Positions 56,983-64,000 of a stretch of DNA of 64,000 nt are shown here, piece after piece; positions within the stretch are counted from its first letter, which is position 1; each line of letters starts with the position of its first letter. A model generated the notes under the pieces. That model was not told the origin of the DNA, did no database searches, and worked only from the letters and a program-made list of their open reading frames with translations. Origin of the DNA: Myxococcales bacterium (GTDB lineage: Bacteria > Myxococcota > UBA727 > GCA-2721815); assembly GCA_002721815.1 (NCBI GenBank), contig PBLQ01000021.1:65460-129459 (forward strand), read 5' to 3'. The position numbers and the translations under genes are program-made.

Positions 56983-57873
56983 TTGCAAAGTTTAAGAACC
57001 ATATCTGATATGACCCACCGCCTGGTATTGGGAACTGTTCAACTGGGGATGGACTATGGAGTTAGTAATCTAGGGGGGCAGCCCAGCCGACAAGCCGCTT
57101 TTGAATTGCTAACTGCTGCATGGGAAGCTGGAATTCGGTATTTTGATACGGCACCGGTCTACGGCTCAGAGTCCTTATTGGGGAATTTCATTATCGCTAA
57201 CGGCGTCAATAGCGAAATAAAGATGCTGACGAAAATCCCAGAAATTAAGAATATGAACTCTTGGGAGGAGCAGTTTAATAATTCACTAAGTCGGTCTTTA
57301 GATAATCTAAAATGTACAACTATTGATACCCTTTTTTTTCACCATGCTTCCGATGCAAATCTGTTGAAAGCACACCCAGAAACATTTCATCGCATGATGA
57401 AACAATGGCCTGTCTCAAGTTTTGGCATATCAGTATACGAGCCAGGGGATTGCTTAGCATTTCAAACGGCAAATCTTCCGGTTGCCATTCAGTTCCCTTA
57501 CAACACGGTGAATCGCGTTTTTGATGCACTGGATTGGTCATTGGGGCCAAGGTTTGCACGTTCGGTTTTTTTGCAGGGGCTTTTGGCTTCAGCAGGAGCC
57601 TTGCGAGAAAATGTACCCCAAGCTGTCGTGGAATTTCATCGTTCGTATCATTCCCTCTTGGCTCAGGCTAATATTGAGCCAAAATCTTTTGCGCTCTCAT
57701 TTGCTTTGAACGCCGTAAATACTGATAAAGTTCTAATTGGCGTTAACTCTGTCAAAGAGTTAGAAGAGCTACTCGCTTGTCCTTTAATGACATCTTCAGA
57801 GCAGGAAGAAGTGTCTTTTCAAGGTCTTGTGATAAATCCGAAAGAGCTTGACCCGCGCGTATGGCCTTCCTGA
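56983..57873 (+). CDS. aldo/keto reductase family oxidoreductase
   Basis: 'LGTVQLGMDYG', 'FDTAPVYG' AKR blocks. Confidence 0.65.
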   Translation: MQSLRTISDMTHRLVLGTVQLGMDYGVSNLGGQPSRQAAFELLTAAWEAGIRYFDTAPVYGSESLLGNFIIANGVNSEIKMLTKIPEIKNMNSWEEQFNNSLSRSLDNLKCTTIDTLFFHHASDANLLKAHPETFHRMMKQWPVSSFGISVYEPGDCLAFQTANLPVAIQFPYNTVNRVFDALDWSLGPRFARSVFLQGLLASAGALRENVPQAVVEFHRSYHSLLAQANIEPKSFALSFALNAVNTDKVLIGVNSVKELEELLACPLMTSSEQEEVSFQGLVINPKELDPRVWPS

Positions 57874-57905
57874 TTATTTTAGGCTTTTTGAAACGCTCAG
57901 CAGGG

Positions 57906-58763
57906 TTATTCGAAAGATTTATAAGGTGACTTTTGAAGAAGTTGAATAAATATATCAGCGCTTTGTTTCATGCCAAAATGAGCTAATATTTGCAGCGCAC
58001 AATCTATTTCTTCTTCCGTATTTTTAAATGTTCTTTTTTGGTAAAGCCCCTGGTTGATTTTAAATATCCATGGATGCGCCACAGCCACTTGATTAAGTGT
58101 TTTTAAAGAGACCGTTTTCTTGCAGAAAGCGAATAGTAAAGAAAACATTGCAATATCTGCTGGGTAGTCGATTGTTAGCCGGATGTTTTTTATCAGGCTG
58201 GGGGTTTGAAATTCGTGTACTCGCGCTCGGGGATGATTTTTGAAACAAAGGGTTACATGTTCTTGTTCTTCTTGGGTTAATGCTTCGGCATTTATGGATT
58301 TAAAGGCCTCTCCGGATATGATTTCAAAGTTCATTCCAATCGGAAGACCGGTGGATCTGGTGTAGTGGTTATTTTGATCTTGGTGAGCCCTAATTGTTTC
58401 ATCCAAAAGGGAGGTATCAATAATAGGGTTATCACCGGTCACTCGAATGACAATATCCAAATCGTGTAACTGAGATACTTTTTGATATCTTTCAAAAACA
58501 TTATTCTCATCGCCTCTAAAACAAGGGATTCCTGATTGTGTTGTGAATTCTTCGATCTTGTCGTCAATCGGGTTTGATGTTGTTGCAATAATGATATCGG
58601 TGATGCGCTCAGAGCGATTGAGCTGCGCACAAATACGACCCAATAGAGTAGGGCCATCTGGGCCTGGTATAGGCATCATAACCTTGTCAGGAAGTCGGGT
58701 GGAGCCCATTCTTGCCTGTACAACCGCTCCGATTTTTAATTTAGACAATGGTCCATCCACCAT
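57906..58763 (-). CDS. CMP-sugar synthetase-type cytidylyltransferase (acylneuraminate/pseudaminic-acid cytidylyltransferase family, PseF/SpsF-like)
   Basis: 'KIGAVVQARMGSTRLPDKVM' N-terminal nucleotide-binding block of CTP_transf_3. AT-rich gene. Confidence 0.65.
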   Translation of the reverse strand: MVDGPLSKLKIGAVVQARMGSTRLPDKVMMPIPGPDGPTLLGRICAQLNRSERITDIIIATTSNPIDDKIEEFTTQSGIPCFRGDENNVFERYQKVSQLHDLDIVIRVTGDNPIIDTSLLDETIRAHQDQNNHYTRSTGLPIGMNFEIISGEAFKSINAEALTQEEQEHVTLCFKNHPRARVHEFQTPSLIKNIRLTIDYPADIAMFSLLFAFCKKTVSLKTLNQVAVAHPWIFKINQGLYQKRTFKNTEEEIDCALQILAHFGMKQSADIFIQLLQKSPYKSFE

Positions 58764-59532
58764 CTATCACAAAATTTTGTCCCGTGATGTAGTTCGCTGC
58801 ATCTGAAGAAAGGAAAACAAAAATACCTCCAAGCTCAGCGGGGTGACCAATTCGATTTAGTGCCGTTTTTTTCTTTAGGGCTTCGGTAAAGGCAGTGTTT
58901 GCTTGGACGGCTTGTGATGGAAATGCTCCCGGCGTTACGACATTGACATTAATATTATGCTGACCCAAGTATGCCGCATAATATTTAGTTAGCTGGATAA
59001 CACCAGCCTTCGCCGCACCGTAGTGAGGAGGGTTTAATGACTCCGGTGCGTTATCGTACACCGAAAAGTCTGGCGCGACCATTCCGTACATAGACGAGAC
59101 ATTGATTATTTTACCATAACCTTGTTTTTTCATGATTGGAATGAGTGACTTAATGGTTCTAAATGTGGATGTTAGTGTCCCATCAAGCCCATGATTGAAA
59201 TCATCGTCACTCATGTTTTCGGGAGACTGCCCTTGAATAAAGAACGCATTGTTGATGAACGAATCAATGCGCCCTGTCTCGGCATGAATGCCATCAATGC
59301 TGTCTTTGATAGATTGATCGCTCGAAATGTCACAGTGTCGAAAAAAAAGTTTACTTTTATCTACTGAAGAAAACGCCTTGTTAAACTTATCCTCTGTACG
59401 CGCTAAGACATATACGGTTGCATCATGGCGCAACAAGCCGTTTACGATTTCATGGCCCAAATGGCCGTATCCGCCTGTTATCAGGACAACCTTGGAGCTT
59501 AGATTGATAAGTGGGGTTGTTTCCATTTGCAA
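58741..59532 (-). CDS. short-chain dehydrogenase/reductase (SDR)
   Basis: 'VVLITGGYGHLGHEIV' Rossmann motif and 'YGAAKAG' catalytic YxxxK. Confidence 0.7.
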   Translation of the reverse strand: MQMETTPLINLSSKVVLITGGYGHLGHEIVNGLLRHDATVYVLARTEDKFNKAFSSVDKSKLFFRHCDISSDQSIKDSIDGIHAETGRIDSFINNAFFIQGQSPENMSDDDFNHGLDGTLTSTFRTIKSLIPIMKKQGYGKIINVSSMYGMVAPDFSVYDNAPESLNPPHYGAAKAGVIQLTKYYAAYLGQHNINVNVVTPGAFPSQAVQANTAFTEALKKKTALNRIGHPAELGGIFVFLSSDAANYITGQNFVIDGGWTIV

Positions 59533-59625
59533 GCTCAGAGTGAGGTTTGAATAGGCATATAATTGTTAAGATAAATCACTATATTTTAAATGACTGAGTC
59601 ATGTTAAATGCATCGCAGAAAAAGT

Positions 59626-61248
59626 TTAGGCCGCCTCATCTTTTTTCTCTTCCTTCCAGAATCCTCTTGGAAAAGGATGTGTTTTTTTATTTTCAACCTG
59701 AAATTTAAACGCTTGGAAAAACGGATCTTCGAATGGACTCTTGTCGTTCAGTAGATGGGCTGCGTCGAACCAGACTGGTATTTCTTCGTGCGGTTCAAGG
59801 CTGCTGCATACAAAGGTTGGCATGAATTGGGATTCGATACGAGAGCTCATGTAGATAAGATGCCAGTATGCCAATGCGCGCTCTTGTTGTTCTGATGAGA
59901 ATTCGAAGTGGTTTTCGATGTTCTCCAATATTTCAGAATATTCTTTTTGGCTTTTTGCCTGCATGGTGAACCCTTTGCCCCCGTAAAAACCATTTGCGGC
60001 AGTGACGGTTGGAATGCCGAGGCAAGGGAATTCCAAACCAGCCGAGCCTGAGCACGTCACCGCAGCGCTGGCGATATCGTAAAAGGTGTGAATGTGATAG
60101 TCGTCAGGTGCTAATGCTAGGTTTGGCGCGTTTTTAGCGTATTCATGGAAGATACTTTGTGCTGACTGTGTGCATTGGTAGCTGGGCTGATTAGGGTGTG
60201 CTTTTAGAAGCCAGTTCACATTCGGATTTTTTGTTGCTGCTTCCAATGTGCCCAGTAGCCATTGCACGTAATCATCAAAAATGTTTTCGGTACAAAAGTG
60301 GGGTGAATCTGTGAAGCAATGAGAAAAGATAGGCACGATTGGCTTGTTCGGGTCTAGATTTAATTCTTGGCAAAGCTCTTCACGGTTCAAAACCCTACGA
60401 CTGTCATCATGTGCTTTATGGTTTAAGGCCCCGTTATACCCTAGCCGTACTTTTTGTTTCGCATCTTCTAGGATTTCAGGAGTGATGTGTCGGAGTGATT
60501 CTTCAAACTCTTCACAACTAAATTCATATTCAAAATTAGAACACCCCTTAATCGTGTCGTCTCTACGGACCGTAAAAGCCGGGTAGCTGCGCTGCTTTTT
60601 TCCGTAAACCGGTATGCCCTTTGTGATGGCCATTCGAGACATGATGCCAAAGCGGTTATATACCCGGTGTCCCACTGTGAGCGCGCCTATTTTATAGTTT
60701 TTAAATAAATTGTTAGATAGATTGTAGTAATAGATACTAGAAAGTACGGCCTCTATGAGTTTGGGCGTGACCTCTGTTATCGTTCCAGGGCTCTCACCAG
60801 AGATAAAGCTATCATATATTAAATCTCCAATCGCTAATCCGTTCAACTCGGTTGCCAAAACAAATTCACGTAACTCTTCGGGACTTTTTGCCTGATTAAA
60901 GGGGAGGGTATTGAAAATGGCAGGAGGTACACGATCGCTTTCATCCTCAAAAACAAACTCATCAAAACCGAAAGATTTGGCAATGTTAATCATCCAATCA
61001 TGTTTGCGGCTGGGAGCCAGCACCACAGCTTTGAAACCCTCAAGATATTGAAGGTATTTTGCTGTGATGGCATTGCCTATCATGTAGCCTGGGTGTCCCA
61101 CCAAGAAATCGACCAATACATACTCGTCTCGGCCTGATGGAATGTTGTCTTCAAATTTAGACCAATATTTTTGATTAATTTCCGCAAAAAGATTTCTACA
61201 ATTCACCAAACCTTCAACGAGCTGAGCGGGGTATCTTTTTTCTGTCAT
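59626..61248 (-). CDS. hypothetical protein, possibly a capsule-polysaccharide-biosynthesis (KpsC/KpsS-like) or Maf-like nonulosonic-acid transferase
   Basis: 540 aa with no TM. 'WLLKAHPNQP' resembles the K-x-HP block of Capsule_synth proteins. Lies within the glycan locus. Confidence 0.35.
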   Translation of the reverse strand: MTEKRYPAQLVEGLVNCRNLFAEINQKYWSKFEDNIPSGRDEYVLVDFLVGHPGYMIGNAITAKYLQYLEGFKAVVLAPSRKHDWMINIAKSFGFDEFVFEDESDRVPPAIFNTLPFNQAKSPEELREFVLATELNGLAIGDLIYDSFISGESPGTITEVTPKLIEAVLSSIYYYNLSNNLFKNYKIGALTVGHRVYNRFGIMSRMAITKGIPVYGKKQRSYPAFTVRRDDTIKGCSNFEYEFSCEEFEESLRHITPEILEDAKQKVRLGYNGALNHKAHDDSRRVLNREELCQELNLDPNKPIVPIFSHCFTDSPHFCTENIFDDYVQWLLGTLEAATKNPNVNWLLKAHPNQPSYQCTQSAQSIFHEYAKNAPNLALAPDDYHIHTFYDIASAAVTCSGSAGLEFPCLGIPTVTAANGFYGGKGFTMQAKSQKEYSEILENIENHFEFSSEQQERALAYWHLIYMSSRIESQFMPTFVCSSLEPHEEIPVWFDAAHLLNDKSPFEDPFFQAFKFQVENKKTHPFPRGFWKEEKKDEAA

Positions 61249-61508
61249 TGTATTTCCTTGCCAGTGTCTCGGCGTTTTCTGTTCAACGGCTACTGGTTCA
61301 ATCGGCCGATACGGAGAATTCTTTAGGCCGATTAAAGTAGATCTAAGTCTGCCCCGAAAAAATAAAAAACAAGGTAAAACAGGGGCTTACAGCGATGCGG
61401 GAGATCGTCGGGTTTGAAAGTGAAAGCAAGGTTTAAGTTTTTTTGTCGCTTTTTCGATTAGTGGTAGTGAAGACAATGACGTCCCTGAGTGAAGTAGAGG
61501 AATCCAAT

Positions 61509-62762
61509 ATGAAATATCGAATTAAGGAAGTTAGCGAGCGTTTAGCCTTACCAGTATCGACCATTCGTCATTGGCAAAGCCAATTTCCTAACGCCATCAA
61601 GCCTCTTCGAACGGTTGGAGGCCAACGCCGATACACAGACGCTGATCTACGCACTTTCAAGGAGATCAAAGTGTTGGTGTATGAAAAAAAGCTGACCATT
61701 TCAGAGGTTAGAAGTCAGCTTAACGAGCGACCAGGTAACGGTGCCGAAGTTGACTGGTCTGGAAAAACCATTTTGTTAACCGGTGGTACAGGCTCATTTG
61801 GTAAGCATTTCTGTAAGGTTCTTCTGGAAAAGCATAATCCGAAAGCGATTCGTGTATATAGCCGGGACGAGCTCAAACAGTTTGAAATGCGACAAGAATT
61901 CAACGATGATCCTCGCCTTCGTTTTTTTATTGGGGATGTACGAGATGGAAACCGACTCCGCCGCGCTATGGAAGGTGTTGACTTTGTTGTTCACGCAGCA
62001 GCTATGAAACAGGTTCCCGCATGCGAATACAACCCTTTAGAGGCTGTTAAAACAAACGTGCACGGTGCGGTGAATATTATTGATGCCGCTTTGGACACCA
62101 AAGTCTCCAAAGTTGTCGCATTGAGTACAGATAAAGCAGTAAACCCTGCGAACCTCTACGGGGCCACCAAGCTGTGCTCTGATAAGCTTATCACCCAAGC
62201 AAATGCTTATTCCGGCGATAAAGGGACTCGGTTTGCATGCGTCCGTTACGGAAATGTCATAGGGAGTCGAGGTAGTGTCATTCCTTTGTTTAAGAAACAA
62301 CGAAAGACAGGATCAATTACGATTACAGACGATCGGATGACTCGCTTCTGGATCTGTTTAGATGATGCGGTGAAGCTTGTTCTAAATGCTTTTCGCTACA
62401 TGGAGGGCGGCGAGATTTTTGTTCCTCGAATTCCTTCGATGAGAATAACCGATTTGGCAAAAGCAATCGCTCCCGAGTGTGAAGTGAAGCACATCGGCAT
62501 TCGACCCGGTGAAAAGTTGCATGAGGCTTTAACTGGTGAAGATGAGGGGCGTCACACTGTCGCCTATAAAGGGATGTATGTCATTATGCCAGCGAGTTCA
62601 TGGTGGGAAAGACGAAATTATATTGACGCAAAAAAACTGCCTCCTGATTTCGTATACACAAGTGATAACAATGAAGATTGGATGTCCGTTGAGGAACTAA
62701 GGGCGATCGCCTACCCTAACGGCATTGAAGAAAGTGCAGCTAACCTTAAGCTGGTGTCATAA
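61509..62762 (+). CDS. pseB: MerR-type HTH domain fused to UDP-GlcNAc 4,6-dehydratase (PseB/FlaA1/CapD-like)
   Basis: N-terminal 'MKYRIKEVSERLALPVSTIRHWQSQF...GGQRRYTDADLRTFKEIK' is a MerR HTH with its wing. It continues in frame into 'GKTILLTGGTGSFGKHF...FFIGDVRD...YGATKLCSDKL' of PseB. GAGGAA RBS before the ATG at 61509. The ORF is open from 61443. Confidence 0.7.
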   Translation: MKYRIKEVSERLALPVSTIRHWQSQFPNAIKPLRTVGGQRRYTDADLRTFKEIKVLVYEKKLTISEVRSQLNERPGNGAEVDWSGKTILLTGGTGSFGKHFCKVLLEKHNPKAIRVYSRDELKQFEMRQEFNDDPRLRFFIGDVRDGNRLRRAMEGVDFVVHAAAMKQVPACEYNPLEAVKTNVHGAVNIIDAALDTKVSKVVALSTDKAVNPANLYGATKLCSDKLITQANAYSGDKGTRFACVRYGNVIGSRGSVIPLFKKQRKTGSITITDDRMTRFWICLDDAVKLVLNAFRYMEGGEIFVPRIPSMRITDLAKAIAPECEVKHIGIRPGEKLHEALTGEDEGRHTVAYKGMYVIMPASSWWERRNYIDAKKLPPDFVYTSDNNEDWMSVEELRAIAYPNGIEESAANLKLVS

Positions 62763-62794
62763 AAAGACTCTTTATAGAGACCTGGAGGACAGGC

Positions 62795-63970
62795 ATGAGC
62801 ACCCATGATGAAAAAACATTCATTCCATATGGAAAACAAAGCATCAATCAAGAAGATATTGATGCTGTTGTCAGGGTACTTAAGTCGGGCTGGTTAACGA
62901 CCGGGCCTGAGGTTGCCTCTTTTGAAGGTGCGCTCAAAAAGGTGGCTCAAACGAAGCACGCCATGGCTTTGAGTAACGGTACCGCAGCACTTCATGCGGT
63001 TGCTCATGCATTACAACTCGGCCCTGGTGATGAAGTAATTGTTCCAACCATTACATTCACCGCCACCGCTAATGCTGCGGTCTATGTTGGCGCAACTCCA
63101 GTTTTTGCAGATGTGCGATCTGATGACATGCTTTTGGATCCTGAAGAGGTTAGAAAAAAGATAACCAAAAACACCAAGGCTATTTTTGCGGTGGATTTTG
63201 CCGGTCAGGCTTGCGATTACCATTCACTTCGAGGAATAGCCGATGAGTATGGTTTGGCTCTGGTATCTGACTCATGTCACGCCATTGGTGCGACCTATCA
63301 AGGAAAACCCATCGCTGATTGGGCAGACATGGCCATTTTTAGCTTCCATCCCGTTAAGCATATTTGTGCAGGGGAAGGTGGCGCGGTGGTGACCAACAAT
63401 GACTTGTGGGCGAAGCAGATACGTAGGTTTAGAAATCACGGTATCGATAAGGACGTCAGACAAAGGCAAGAACAGGGAACTTGGTACTACGAGCAAGTTG
63501 ATTTAGGTTATAACTATCGCTTGTCTGATATCCATTGTGCCTTGGGCCGAAGCCAGTTGGCCAAGTTGCCCAAATGGATTGAAGAGCGTCAAAGGGTGGC
63601 CAAAGCTTACGCTGGGTATTTTGCTGAGCAAACCGGTGTTCGTCCACTTGTTGCTCACAAAGATCGATCACATACCTACCATCTCATGATCGCCGTTTTT
63701 GATGATCAACAAAGTCGCGATAGCGCTTATGAGCTAATGCGCGCTCATCAAATCGGTGTCAATGTCCATTACACCCCAGTGCATCTTCAGCCTTTTTACC
63801 AAAACAACTATGGTACGGGTCCTGGAGACTGCCCCGTGGCAGAAAAACTTTATGATCGTATTTTGACTTTGCCCATGTACCCCGGCTTGACTCAAGAAGA
63901 TTTGGAACGGGTATTTGACTTGGTGTCGAACGTGGTTGTTCAACCGAATAACATTTCGAAGGCAGGATAA
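62795..63970 (+). CDS. pseC: DegT/DnrJ/EryC1/StrS-family sugar aminotransferase (PseC-like)
   Basis: 'IPYGKQSINQEDIDAV...GWLTTGPEV' N-terminus and 'SFHPVKHI' PLP-Lys block. Confidence 0.8.
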   Translation: MSTHDEKTFIPYGKQSINQEDIDAVVRVLKSGWLTTGPEVASFEGALKKVAQTKHAMALSNGTAALHAVAHALQLGPGDEVIVPTITFTATANAAVYVGATPVFADVRSDDMLLDPEEVRKKITKNTKAIFAVDFAGQACDYHSLRGIADEYGLALVSDSCHAIGATYQGKPIADWADMAIFSFHPVKHICAGEGGAVVTNNDLWAKQIRRFRNHGIDKDVRQRQEQGTWYYEQVDLGYNYRLSDIHCALGRSQLAKLPKWIEERQRVAKAYAGYFAEQTGVRPLVAHKDRSHTYHLMIAVFDDQQSRDSAYELMRAHQIGVNVHYTPVHLQPFYQNNYGTGPGDCPVAEKLYDRILTLPMYPGLTQEDLERVFDLVSNVVVQPNNISKAG

Positions 63971-64000
63971 AGATGTTCTTGAACGGGAAGCGAAGGTAAG

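Noticed and set aside
1-64000. CRISPR arrays, transposases/IS elements, integrases and prophage genes
   Set aside because: No short regularly spaced direct repeats were found. No product showed DDE/tyrosine-recombinase/terminase motifs. The only repeats seen are intragenic protein repeats and the two terminator-like copies.

Overview
This 64-kb window appears to be chromosomal DNA from a moderately GC-rich Gram-negative bacterium. Gene content resembles a deltaproteobacteria-like lineage (Myxococcota/Bdellovibrionota-type), but the taxon cannot be confirmed from sequence alone. That impression rests on many secreted Cys-rich, PPC, TSP3 and RCC1 repeat proteins, a MYXO-CTERM-like tail, a Bat/MoxR operon and a Hanks-type kinase. 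Most of the window is housekeeping: rpsP-KH-rimM-trmD; rpoZ; mnmG and mnmE; thiE coupled to a class I amidotransferase; moeA; a fadI/fadJ-like beta-oxidation operon that also carries a GDPD and an M20 peptidase; and two paralogous long acyl-CoA dehydrogenases. The most unusual loci are these. (1) A tightly coupled five-gene operon with the sizes and order of nuoJ-K-L-M-N, standing alone without nuoA-I, in which the hallmark TM7 'W-L-P-D-A' motif of all three antiporter-like subunits appears degenerate. (2) A tetraheme c-type cytochrome lipoprotein with a degenerate 5'-nucleotidase/SoxB-like N-domain, translationally coupled to moeA. (3) An amino-acid permease fused to USP and PTS-EIIA(Ntr) domains. 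(4) A secreted-protein cassette between the two ACAD paralogs, bounded by near-identical terminator-like direct repeats and containing a TSP3/RCC1 lipoprotein with an in-frame repeat remnant after its stop codon. (5) A lower-GC surface-glycan island (about 55.3-64 kb) with a pseudaminic-acid-like pathway, including a MerR-HTH::PseB fusion. No tRNA or rRNA genes, CRISPR arrays, transposases or prophage genes were recognised. All domain calls come from reading motifs by eye in the supplied translations and need HMM or BLAST confirmation.
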